64,000 nucleotides of DNA, from assembly GCA_963665125.2 (NCBI GenBank), contig CAXXUK010000002.1:1120001-1184000 (forward strand), read 5' to 3'. Under the pieces are notes generated by a model. That model did no database searches. It was not told where the DNA came from and saw nothing but the letters and a program-made list of their open reading frames with translations. A program made the translations under genes and the position numbers. The first letter of the stretch is position 1. Each line of letters opens with the position of its first letter. This document shows positions 40,091-50,256 of the stretch, one piece after another. This DNA comes from an uncultured Desulfarculus sp. Its GTDB lineage: Bacteria > Desulfobacterota > Desulfarculia > Desulfarculales > Desulfarculaceae.

Positions 40091-40852
40091 AGCGGTGGTC
40101 CCCGGGAATCGGGCAGTTGTGATAGGCTGATTTGGTCTTGAAACAATTGGAGGAATCGATGGGCAGGCGTAAGAGCTACAGCGCCTCCTTCAATTCCAAG
40201 GTGGCCCTGGAGGCCATCCAGGGGGACATGACCATAGGCGAGTTGGTGACAAAGTACAGACTCAATCCCAATATGATCACCAGATGGAAAAAGCAGGCCA
40301 TTGAGGGCATGGAGGACATCTTTTCCCGTGGCGGCCATACTGCTCACGAGGCTTCGGATCAGGCCCGGATCAAGGGAGCTTTCCGCCAATATCGGGGAGT
40401 TAACGGTTGAAAGGGCTTTTTTAGCCAAAGCCTTCGGTCACTGAGTCACGGCCGGAGGATGGACATGATTGAGCCCAATCACCGCAAGCTCAGCATCACG
40501 CGCCAATGCTCCCCGGCCCGTGTCGGCCGCTCGTCGTTTTATTACGGGGGCAAAGGCGAGGCAGCCCTGAATTTGAAGCTGAGGCGCCTGATGGACGAGC
40601 AATGGCTGCGCACGCCCTTTTTCGGCAGTCCCGCCATCTACGAGGGGAAGGCTCCAGCGTGGGCAGGAAAAGGGTGCGCCGTTTAATGCGCAAGATGGGC
40701 ATTGCCGCCATATACCCAAGCCAAGGACCAGCAAGCCCCATCCAGCCAGTCCGGTCTATCCCCACCTGCTCAAAGGTATGGTTATCGGCCGGCCCAACCA
40801 TGTGTGGTGTACCGACATCACCTAAACTGACCAGCAATTGCGGACCACCGCT
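40091..40852 (+). mobile_element. Internally deleted copy of IS 'A' retaining both IRs
   Basis: Near-identical to 32196-~32927, then jumps to IRR CTGACCAGCAATTGCGGACCACCGCT. Confidence 0.88.
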
Positions 40853-40855
40853 GGG

Positions 40856-42140
40856 AGAGGTGGACCCCAAAAATCGGACAATAGTGTAAGGTGGTATGGA
40901 TGAGTCCGATGGAGGGACACCAGCTATGAGCAAGACCAAACGCAGGCGCTTTTCGGCCGAATTCAAGGCCACGGTAGCGCTGGAGGCATTGAAGGGCGAG
41001 CAGACTCTTTCCGAGCTGGCAGCACGGTTTGACATCCACCCCAATATGATTGCGCAGTGGAAGCGCCAGGCCACCGAAGGCCTGACAGAAGTTTTCTCCA
41101 GCAAGGGTGCGAAGCAGCAAGAGGCCGGAGAATCCCAGATCAAAGAGCTTCATGCAAAGATTGGGCAGTTGACCATTGAACGGGATTTTTTGGCCAAGGC
41201 CTCCGGTCGCTGAGCTTTGATCGGAGGAAAGCGATGGTGAAGGCAAGCAGGCCCAAGGGATTGAGCATTGTCCGCCAATGTGAGCTCCTGGGAATCAGCC
41301 GCTCATCGTTTTATTACGAAGCCACGGGCGAAAACCCGCTGAATATTGAGCTGATGCGCAAGATGGATGAGCAGTTTCTGGAAACGCCCTGGTACGGCTC
41401 TCGTCAGATGGTCCGCTGGCTCCGGCGTGAGGGGCATCGCGTGGGCAGGAAGCGGGTGGTGCGGCTGATGCGCAAGATGGGGCTTAGCCCCGTCTACCAG
41501 AAGCCCGGGACATCCAAGCCCCAGCCGGGGCACAAGGTTTACCCCTATTTACTGCGCGGGGTGGAGATAAGCGAACCCGGCCACATCTGGTGCGCCGATA
41601 TCACTTATATCCCGATGAGGCGTGGTTTTCTCTACCTGGTGGCGATCATGGACTGGGCCAGCCGCAAGGTGCTGAGCTGGCGACTGTCCAACACCTTGGA
41701 TGCTGATTTTTGCGTGGCCGCCTTGAGTGATGCCCTGCGAAGGTTTCCCAACCCCCTGATTTTCAATACCGATCAGGGGAGCTAATTCCCAAGCTTTGGT
41801 TTTACCCAGGTGCTCAAGGATGCTGAGATCAAAATTTCCATGGATGGCAAAGGCCGCTGGATGGACAATGTCATGATCGAACGCCTGTGGCGCTCTCTCA
41901 AATATGAATGTGTCTATCTGCATGCCTTTGAGACGGGAAGCGAGGCCAGGAAGGGAATCGGCTCCTGGATCGATTACTATAACCAACGGCGACCCCACTC
42001 CAGCCTGGATGGCAAAACGCCGGACGAGGCATACTGGGGCCGACCCACGACGGGATTGACCGAAGCGGCGGCATGACAACAACAAATACCATCCACCTTA
42101 ACTACGCCGCCAAACTGTCTAACGATTGGGGGCCACCTCT
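40856..42140 (+). mobile_element. IS 'B' copy 2, orfB carrying a nonsense mutation
   Basis: Same 1285-bp element; CAA>TAA at 41783-41785; flanks GGG/CTC do not form a TSD. Confidence 0.95.
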
Positions 42141-42412
42141 CTCAGCTCTGGGGTACATGAACCCGGCTCAATATGAGATGATCAATATGGCTGCTTAACT
42201 ACGTGTCCACAAAAATTGGGGAAGATCAGTGGAAACGATCCCCGATGAAGATTTCGCTACCCGCCAGAAAATGCGTAGGGCAGTATTCGAGTATATCGAG
42301 GTTGATTGAAACCGTAACAGGAGTCACAGTGCCAACGGGCACATCAGCTCACCGGCCTTTGGAAACACAACTGTCGCTTAACCATATGTCGGTCTTTGAT
42401 GGGTTAGATCGC
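42141..42412 (+). mobile_element. Two abutting 3' remnants of other IS3-family elements
   Basis: SALGYMNPAQYE..AA* followed by IRR ..GTGTCCACAAAAATTGGGGAAGATCA; then VFEYIEVD..R.RSHS and IRR ..GATGGGTTAGATC. Confidence 0.7.
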
Positions 42413-42439
42413 TGAGCTATGGTGTTGGAAGGGAGAAAA

Positions 42440-43486
42440 ATGTCTGGGAAGGTGTTAACTGTGTTGGGCGCCAGACCTCAGTTTGTCAAGGCAGCTCCGG
42501 TAAGTAAGGCTATCGCGATGCAAAGTGACATTACGGAGTTAATTGTACATACTGGCCAACACTATGATACGGAAATGTCTGAAATCTTTTTTACGGAACT
42601 TCGGATTCCGCAGCCGGCATACAACCTAGGCATTCAAGGTGGAGGCCACGGTTTGATGACAGGTAGGATGCTGGAGGCGATTGAAGGTGTCATTGAGCGT
42701 GAAAAGCCAAACATATTGATGGTATACGGCGATACAAATTCTACATTGGCTGGCGCACTTGCCGCTGCTAAACAAAACATCCCAATAGCACATGTTGAGT
42801 CAGGTTTGCGTTCGTATAACCGGCGTATGCCTGAGGAAATTAACAGGGTGGTGACTGATCACCTTAGCTCCTTATTGATATGTCCTACTTCTGCCTCAGT
42901 GGAAAATTTGGCGGCGGAAGGTGTTACAGAAGGAGTACACAATGTCGGCGATGTTATGTTCGATGCTGTCCTAATGGTGAGAGATATTGCCATGAAACGG
43001 TCATCAATTTTACAAAAATTAAATGTGAGAGAGGGCAACTATGACGTTGCCACCGTGCACAGGGCTGAGAATACTGATTCTTTTGAAGCGCTTGAAGAAG
43101 TGATTAGTTACCTAAAAAAGCAGGCAGAAGCTCACATGGTGGTGCTGCCGCTTCACCCACGAACAAAGGCAGCAGTGCTTCGTTTCGGTCTTGATCTTGA
43201 GGGACTTATGACTTGCCCCCCATTGGGTTATCTAGATATGACAAGGCTTGTTATGGGGGCATCAAAAGTAATGACAGACTCCGGTGGGTTGCAAAAGGAG
43301 GCATATTTCCATAAAAAGCCCTGTATCACTCTGCGAAATGAAACTGAATGGGTTGAGACAGTTCAGTGTGGCTGGAATCAGCTTTGGAAACATCCAATAG
43401 AGAGCAAGAAGCGGACACTTATTAATGAATACGGTGATGGTGACGCATCTGCAAAGATAATCGCATTACTGCATCAACTGCTGTGA
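42440..43486 (+). CDS. wbpI: Non-hydrolysing UDP-sugar 2-epimerase (WbpI/WecB family)
   Basis: LGARPQFVK, HTGQHYD, GDTNSTLAGA, MPEEINR and TDSGGLQKEA. Confidence 0.85.
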   Translation: MSGKVLTVLGARPQFVKAAPVSKAIAMQSDITELIVHTGQHYDTEMSEIFFTELRIPQPAYNLGIQGGGHGLMTGRMLEAIEGVIEREKPNILMVYGDTNSTLAGALAAAKQNIPIAHVESGLRSYNRRMPEEINRVVTDHLSSLLICPTSASVENLAAEGVTEGVHNVGDVMFDAVLMVRDIAMKRSSILQKLNVREGNYDVATVHRAENTDSFEALEEVISYLKKQAEAHMVVLPLHPRTKAAVLRFGLDLEGLMTCPPLGYLDMTRLVMGASKVMTDSGGLQKEAYFHKKPCITLRNETEWVETVQCGWNQLWKHPIESKKRTLINEYGDGDASAKIIALLHQLL

Positions 43487-43732
43487 TGGCGCATATAACA
43501 ACACCGGTAGTCCACGGAATTGGACAGTTGTGGTAGACTAAATTGGCCCGAGACGCCTTGCAAATGGCCATATGGCGACCATTCCTAAGGGCATTCTGTT
43601 CATTTTGATCAAGGCGGTTAGTAATGCTCCAGAAAGTATCAGACCATTTAAGCCAAACATGAGCTGACTTGCAGCATTAGCGGCAAGGGAAACTGTTATG
43701 ACGACGCCGTGACCGAAACTTCTTTCATACAC

Positions 43733-45017
43733 AGAGGTGGACCCCAAAAATCGGACAATAGTGTAAGGTGGTATGGATGAGTCCGATGGAGGGACACCAG
43801 CTATGAGCAAGACCAAACGCAGGCGCTTTTCGGCCGAATTCAAGGCCACGGTAGCGCTGGAGGCATTGAAGGGCGAGCAGACTCTTTCCGAGCTGGCAGC
43901 ACGGTTTGACATCCACCCCAATATGATTGCGCAGTGGAAGCGCCAGGCCACCGAAGGCTTGACAGAAGTTTTCTCCAGCAAGGGTGCGAAGCAGCAAGAG
44001 GCCGGAGAATCCCAGATCAAAGAGCTTCATGCAAAGATTGGGCAGTTGACCATTGAACGGGATTTTTTGGCCAAGGCCTCCGGTCGCTGAGCTTTGATCG
44101 GAGGAAAGCGATGGTGAAGGCAAGCAGGCCCAAGGGATTGAGCATTGTCCGCCAATGTGAGCTCCTGGGAATCAGCCGCTCATCGTTTTATTACGAAGCC
44201 ACGGGCGAAAACCCGCTGAATATTGAGCTGATGCGCAAGATGGATGAGCAGTTTCTGGAAACGCCCTGGTACGGCTCTCGTCAGATGGTCCGCTGGCTCC
44301 GGCGTGAGGGGCATCGCGTGGGCAGGAAGCGGGTGGTGCGGCTGATGCGCAAGATGGGGCTTAGCCCCGTCTACCAGAAGCCCGGGACATCCAAGCCCCA
44401 GCCGGGGCACAAGGTTTACCCCTATTTACTGCGCGGGGTGGAGATAAGCGAACCCGGCCACATCTGGTGCGCCGATATCACTTATATCCCGATGAGGCGT
44501 GGTTTTCTCTACCTGGTGGCGATCATGGACTGGGCCAGCCGCAAGGTGCTGAGCTGGCGACTGTCCAACACCTTGGATGCTGATTTTTGCGTGGCCGCCT
44601 TGAGTGATGCCCTGCGAAGGTTTCCCAACCCCCTGATTTTCAATACCGATCAGGGGAGCCAATTCACAAGCTTTGGCTTTACCCAGGTGCTCAAGGATGC
44701 TGAGATCAAAATTTCCATGGATGGCAAAGGCCGCTGGATGGACAATGTCATGATCGAACGCCTGTGGCGCTCTCTCAAATATGAATGTGTCTATCTGCAT
44801 GCCTTTGAGACGGGAAGCGAGGCCAGGAAGGGAATCGGCTCCTGGATCGATTACTATAACCAACGGCGACCCCACTCCAGCCTGGATGGCAAAACGCCGG
44901 ACGAGGCATACTGGGGCCGACCCACGACGGGATTGACCGAAGCGGCGGCATGACAACAACAAATACCATCCACCTTAACTACGCCGCCAAACTGTCTAAC
45001 GATTGGGGGCCACCTCT
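43733..45017 (+). mobile_element. IS 'B' copy 3 (apparently intact), inserted in an IS3 orfB remnant
   Basis: 3-bp TSD CAC. Joined flanks read GNCYDD..FHT|LKV..IHGECF..VFEEIEVDYNR; host IRR ends near 45208. Confidence 0.95.
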
Positions 45018-45209
45018 CACTCAAGGTGTAACAGATCCACGGCGAGTGCTTCGCCACCCGCCATAATATACGCTGGGCGGTGTTCGAGGAGATTGAGGTT
45101 GACTACAACCGTAACAGAAGGCACAGTTCCAATGTCAACATCAGCCCGTTGGCCTTTGAAAACAAATTTGTCGCTTAGTCGTCTGTCCGTCTTTGATGGG
45201 TTTGATCAC

Positions 45210-45380
45210 AGGGGGCCTGGAACGACTTTTATAACACCCTGCGGGGCCATTACTCGTTGGATAACCGCACCCCGGATCAGGCATACTTCCGGGGCGCCCC
45301 AAAGACGGCCTAAAGATGACCGGCCAAATCATCCTTAATCAAGCCTCCAAATTGTCCAATAATTTGGATTCATCCCTTGA
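45210..45380 (+). mobile_element. 3' remnant of an IS 'A'-like element
   Basis: WNDFYNTLRGHYSLDNRTPDQAYF, homologous to the joined flanks of B copy 1. Confidence 0.65.
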
Positions 45381-45422
45381 GGAGCCGCCGTTTTGTAAGG
45401 CCCAAGATTCTGGAGTGAATCT

Positions 45423-46598
45423 TTGTCTTCTGTTTGTTCGCTAGTATTGAATTCTGTTTCCTCTGACGCGCGGGTCTTAAAACAAGCACAATCTGCCGCC
45501 AATGATGGGCATTCGGTTACTATTGTGTGCATCCGGGAAAAGCCAGATGACTGTTATCGAGAGACCATTAACGGGGGCGTCAAAATCATTCGTTGCGATT
45601 ATTTGCCACAGACGATGCAAGATAAAAAGCTACGACGGCTTCCAGCCCCTTTGCGCAAATTGAGCGGCATGCTTGCCATGTTGTTGGCTATTTGCCAAGT
45701 AAAACCATACATTTTACATTGTCACGACGTATACACACTTCCCTTAGGGGCGGTTGCCAAAACTCTTCTGCGTTGCCGCTTAATATATGACGCCCACGAA
45801 ATATACGAGCATGCTGCGGGGAATAATGATAACCACGCCAGAAAGTTTCGCTTGGTCCACAGGGCCTTTGCAGGCTTTTGCGACGGATTCGTGACCATTA
45901 ATTCTTCCTTGGCTGCTTGGTATGGACATCATTATCCAGCACTTCCCAAGGCGGTGGTGGTGATGAACGCTACGACACAGCAAGAACCCATAGCGTATGA
46001 CGGGCGTCTTCACCGCGCAGCTGGCTTGCCGCCGGAAGTGAAGATACTGCTTGTACAAGGCGGGCTGACCCCCCATCGCGGGCTGGAAAAAGTTGCAGAG
46101 TCTTCCGCTCATCTGCCGCCGGAATGGGCGGTGGTAATGATGGGAAATGGCTGCTTGCGGGAATCGCTTAGTCAAACTGCTGAAAAATTACGGGTAAATA
46201 GTAACTTGCCACATGCACCACTGGTTTTGATTCCAGCAGCTCCCTTAAAGGAACTCCCTCAGTGGACAGCAGGAGCTTCTATCGGTCTGATACCCTACGA
46301 AAATACCGGGCTCAATCATTGGTTTTGTACGCCCAACAAACTGTGGGAATATCCAGGAGCCGGTGTACCTGTGCTGGCAAGCCCGTTCCCTGAAATGAAA
46401 AAAATGATTACATCGTACGGTTTCGGATGGCTTTTAGATGATGACTGGAAGGCTGCAGAGTTGGCCGATCAAGTAACAAAAATCAGCTCGAATGAGATAG
46501 TCGAACGCCAAAATTGTTGTAAGCGTTTCGTTGATAGCGAAAACTGGAACAAGTATGCTCTTCGCTTGTTGGCCCTTTATAGACAGCTAGGCGCCTAA
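45423..46598 (+). CDS. GT4 glycosyltransferase (WbpH-like)
   Basis: DARVLK, HCHD, IYDAHE, RGLE and PNKLWEY. Confidence 0.85.
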   Translation: MSSVCSLVLNSVSSDARVLKQAQSAANDGHSVTIVCIREKPDDCYRETINGGVKIIRCDYLPQTMQDKKLRRLPAPLRKLSGMLAMLLAICQVKPYILHCHDVYTLPLGAVAKTLLRCRLIYDAHEIYEHAAGNNDNHARKFRLVHRAFAGFCDGFVTINSSLAAWYGHHYPALPKAVVVMNATTQQEPIAYDGRLHRAAGLPPEVKILLVQGGLTPHRGLEKVAESSAHLPPEWAVVMMGNGCLRESLSQTAEKLRVNSNLPHAPLVLIPAAPLKELPQWTAGASIGLIPYENTGLNHWFCTPNKLWEYPGAGVPVLASPFPEMKKMITSYGFGWLLDDDWKAAELADQVTKISSNEIVERQNCCKRFVDSENWNKYALRLLALYRQLGA

Positions 46599-46609
46599 CA
46601 TTTTTGGCG

Positions 46610-46910
46610 ACCAACGTCCTGGAAGACCGTCATGGGCTCAAGGCATTTCTGGCGGCCGCCCAGGTCTCGTTGGAACACTACTATGAAATAACATGCGACC
46701 CTACTCTGGCCGACGCCATCCTGGATCGATTGGTGTATAGCGCCCACAAAATACAACTCAGATGAGAACCTATAAGGAAAACATTCAACCTTGACTCGGG
46801 AGACCACAAAAGCGTAAATCAAAACAACAGCGTCGCTTCGCGCCGATTAAGTGGACGCTTTGCTCCGGTCGATGGCCGCTTTCAACCGGAGCAGGTGGCC
46901 GGATTCAACT
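46610..46910 (+). mobile_element. IS21-family remnant (istB 3' end and right end)
   Basis: DPTLADAILDRLVYSAHKIQL; followed by repeated TGG(A/C)CG-type end motifs. Confidence 0.7.
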
Positions 46911-46948
46911 ATATAAGCAACAAATACGAATGAATTGGGATTAGCAAA

Positions 46949-47668
46949 ATGATCATCGGGGAACGAGTTATAGCTGTTATCCCGGTTAGGGGCGGCAGCA
47001 AGGGAATCCCTCGAAAAAACGAATGCGACCTGGGTGGTCATCCCCTGATGGCCTGGGCCATTCAGACGGCCAGGTGTTGTCGTCCGGAAATTGATCGCGT
47101 GATTGTATCGACCGAAGACGAGACCTTGGCCTGTACAGCCAAACGGTACGGTGCCGAAGTGTATCCACGCTCCGCACATCTGGCGTCGGATACAGTCGGT
47201 GTTCATCAGGTGCTCCTGGACCTGCGTAGCAGGCTCAAAGAGGAGGGCGAGACGGCCAAATACTGGGTTCTATTGGAAGCGCCCTCGGCTTTTCGCAGCC
47301 CCGAACTACTTCGAGAGGCCTTGTCCTTACTTGAATCCGGTTATACGTCTGCCGCCAGTTTCCGGAAGGCCCGGACCCATCCTATTCAGGCCTGGAAACT
47401 CCTTGATGGTTCGATCAGTACCTATATCCCTGATGCCAATCCATGGGTGACTCGCCAAGAACTGCCGGAAGCCTACGAACTCACTGGTGAAGTATATGCG
47501 TTCGAAATCGACGCGCTTAGACGGGAAAGCGCCTCGTTGCTACAGGGCAGATGCGGAGCGGTTCTGGTGGATAGCGACCTTTCGGTGGACATCAACTCGC
47601 CGTGGGACCTCGAACTGGCCCGAGTGCTTTTTCCTAGGAGTCCTCTCGCTCGACTAAGCATGGATTAG
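46949..47668 (+). CDS. neuA: Second CMP-nonulosonic acid synthetase (NeuA-like)
   Basis: IPVRGGSKGIPRKN, VSTED, RQELP and VDIN. Confidence 0.85.
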   Translation: MIIGERVIAVIPVRGGSKGIPRKNECDLGGHPLMAWAIQTARCCRPEIDRVIVSTEDETLACTAKRYGAEVYPRSAHLASDTVGVHQVLLDLRSRLKEEGETAKYWVLLEAPSAFRSPELLREALSLLESGYTSAASFRKARTHPIQAWKLLDGSISTYIPDANPWVTRQELPEAYELTGEVYAFEIDALRRESASLLQGRCGAVLVDSDLSVDINSPWDLELARVLFPRSPLARLSMD

Positions 47669-47736
47669 CCAGCCCGTCGCCTTTCCAATTTCACCCGCCT
47701 TCAGGGAGCCCGAAACTTAACGAGATTTCGGCGTTC

Positions 47737-49107
47737 TTACTCCATATCATCCACATACTGCATTAGACGGTCGATGAACCTCCCGTCGATGACGCCCCAT
47801 CTTTCGGCGAACTCGATCTGGGCCGAAGCCGTCTCCCGGTAAAACTGATCATCTTGCACCAGTCGCTTGATCAAGTCTTCATATTCCTGGTGCTTGCGCA
47901 TTGTAAGAACTCCGGGCAGATCTTCATACGCAGCCAGGTTAAAATTATAAAAATCGTAGTTTACTACTGGCTTGCCGCAGGCTGTAGCCCATCGGATAAC
48001 ACTAGAGAAATCAGATATAAGAATATCATGACGGGGAATATTGGGAATGACGTTTCCCCAGATAACCGGAATATTCAGTTGACTGAATACCGCCTTATCA
48101 TCAGGAGCGGTTGATGGATGCACGCTGACCGTCAGTTCGACACCGCTTCCGCGAAATTGAACCAGACCTTTAACAAGCTCTAAGTAAGAAGCCGGGAACT
48201 CCGTGAACTCTCCCCTTGTGGGATGATAGCTTGGAGGCATGGCCAGAAGGACTTTGGTTGAATTTTCGTTAATTTTCCGGGGAATCCGAAAAGCCGCCCT
48301 GACGTTGTCATCCATTTTAAGCCCATGCCAGATGACGTCCCCATTAACCGAGCCCGCCACTCGCACTCTGTCGGCGGCGAAGCCTTCGTGTACGACATGC
48401 TCCGCGTACTGCTCGGAAGGCGCCAGGAATATATCCGCTTCGCTTCCATAGACATTCCATGGCCTTGCGACCGAGGCGCCCACCCCTTCCCAGGCTAGTA
48501 TTATTTCAGGCCTGAACATCAGATGGCCCTCGTTTTGCCCCTTTTTTATCCAGTGAGAGTATTGCGTTCTAATAATATCGCCGCCTGGCGCGTCAATATG
48601 GAAACTCCGCCCAGTCTTAATTTTATTGGCTAGGTCGGTTTCCAAATCTTCCATGCCGCTATAACCATATGGGCAGCATAGTATAGGGATGCCAGCTTCT
48701 TTTGAAGCACTGGTCAACATGAAATCTCCAGCGATGCCGTCACTGGAAACAATAATTCCTTTGGGAGCGATGGATTGAATAGCTGATCGACAGGCACCCA
48801 TTTTTTTTCGGAAAATATCGAAGTTGGCCGTAAAGGTCCGAGCATTTCCCCGCGGTAGGGACTCGATTATCCCAGACTTGAACTGGGCGTCATGCTCAGA
48901 TTCAGTCTCGCTAACGCTACCAATAAAATCATCCACGGAATATATCTTACAAGGCTTCTCGTTTAATTCTGCCCTGCGTTGGTCATCTAGAGAGTCAATG
49001 GGAAAACTCAACCACAAGCCGATTTCAATGCCGCGTTCCAATAACCGGTCGGCGATAGCAAGCTGACTAATTTTCCCGGCAGTTCTGGGGATCACTAACA
49101 GTAACAC
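47737..49107 (-). CDS. GT-B-fold HP-motif protein (candidate nonulosonate transferase)
   Basis: VRVAGS, SVHPST and ISDFSSVIRWATACGKPVV. Confidence 0.55.
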   Translation of the reverse strand: MLLLVIPRTAGKISQLAIADRLLERGIEIGLWLSFPIDSLDDQRRAELNEKPCKIYSVDDFIGSVSETESEHDAQFKSGIIESLPRGNARTFTANFDIFRKKMGACRSAIQSIAPKGIIVSSDGIAGDFMLTSASKEAGIPILCCPYGYSGMEDLETDLANKIKTGRSFHIDAPGGDIIRTQYSHWIKKGQNEGHLMFRPEIILAWEGVGASVARPWNVYGSEADIFLAPSEQYAEHVVHEGFAADRVRVAGSVNGDVIWHGLKMDDNVRAAFRIPRKINENSTKVLLAMPPSYHPTRGEFTEFPASYLELVKGLVQFRGSGVELTVSVHPSTAPDDKAVFSQLNIPVIWGNVIPNIPRHDILISDFSSVIRWATACGKPVVNYDFYNFNLAAYEDLPGVLTMRKHQEYEDLIKRLVQDDQFYRETASAQIEFAERWGVIDGRFIDRLMQYVDDME

Positions 49108-49128
49108 TAACAGCGTTCCCTTTTTTCA

Positions 49129-50256
49129 TCATATTGGGCCGTGGTGGCAATTATGGGGATGTAGTAGGATATCCCACGTTTTTTTCAGAGCTCCCAATGG
49201 GCTTGGCAGCGATTGAGTACTGTGCCAAAACCGGTCGCGTTTTACTCGATCGGCAGCCTGTGCCAGGGCCATAGCGGCCTGCTCGCTGTTTTTTGCGCAC
49301 AATGCGAATCCCTGCTCTACGGCAGGAAGGCGATCAAAATCGTAGAAGACGCTCATTGCCTCAATCAAGTTGGGATGGCTGGCCATGTATATCGGTAATG
49401 CCATGAGTCGCGGCGAAAACCGGTTTACATACACCGCATCAAGCATTGAGTTCGACAGAGTGCTGGTAACGCTTGTACAGGCCGCGATAATCTGCTCGAC
49501 TTTTAGTTGATCATCAAGGTAAACTACAAGGTCAAAATCAGCCAGTAAAGACAATATCCGTTCCCTCTGCTCCTGTACGGAGGAGGGGTGAGGGCGATAT
49601 AGCACCTTCCGCTCCCCAGTAGCCCGCACTGCTTCGGCCCAATGGGCGATACTGTCGATGTAACCGTCAACGTGATCGAGCGGCTGGCAGAAAAAGCCGT
49701 GTAGAACGTCGTCAGGGGGGCACCCTAAACGAATGCGCATCTCACGATGAATGGCGGTGAAGTTCATTTCGGCATAGCATGCATGGCGCGGAGAGCCTAC
49801 CACTTCGCTGGACCAGCTGTGTCTTTCTTTGGTTCGCTTGGTGGCGTACTCGTCTTGCACCAGATAACAATCCGGATGCCGTCCAAAGAACAGATTAGTA
49901 TCCCCCCAGAAGTCCTGCAACATGAATGTGGGGCATTTCGCGTGGTAGAGCGCGGCTTCATCGACCCCCCCCTCCCCCGGGGTGCTTAGCCCGACGAGAA
50001 TGACATCCGGCTGAAAACGGACCAACAGGCTTGCGACGGCGTCCAAAAGTATTTCAGCATCGCTGCTATCGCCAGATGAAAGGATAACGGGCGCCTCAAC
50101 CTGATGGTGTGGGACATGATGAGCGTTAAATATAGAGGATGCCGGCTCTTGGGATAGTACCGTTACCGTAATCCGATCCAGGCCGGCCACGTATTTCCAT
50201 AGTTCAAGGATACCCAGCGCCGCGCAGACAGAACGTGCCGTCAAAATGGCTTTCAT
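49129..50256 (-). CDS. GT-B-fold HP-motif protein
   Basis: QDFWG, VVGSP, YRPHPS and STLSN. Confidence 0.55.
   Translation of the reverse strand: MKAILTARSVCAALGILELWKYVAGLDRITVTVLSQEPASSIFNAHHVPHHQVEAPVILSSGDSSDAEILLDAVASLLVRFQPDVILVGLSTPGEGGVDEAALYHAKCPTFMLQDFWGDTNLFFGRHPDCYLVQDEYATKRTKERHSWSSEVVGSPRHACYAEMNFTAIHREMRIRLGCPPDDVLHGFFCQPLDHVDGYIDSIAHWAEAVRATGERKVLYRPHPSSVQEQRERILSLLADFDLVVYLDDQLKVEQIIAACTSVTSTLSNSMLDAVYVNRFSPRLMALPIYMASHPNLIEAMSVFYDFDRLPAVEQGFALCAKNSEQAAMALAQAADRVKRDRFWHSTQSLPSPLGALKKTWDILLHPHNCHHGPI

Noticed and set aside
41783..41785. In-frame TAA in IS 'B' copy 2 as recoding
   Set aside because: The other two copies have CAA; simple inactivation.
40856..45017. Composite transposon carrying wbpI
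   Set aside because: Copy 3 has its own TSD (CAC/CAC) and the outer flanks (GGG/CAC) do not match, so the copies inserted independently.
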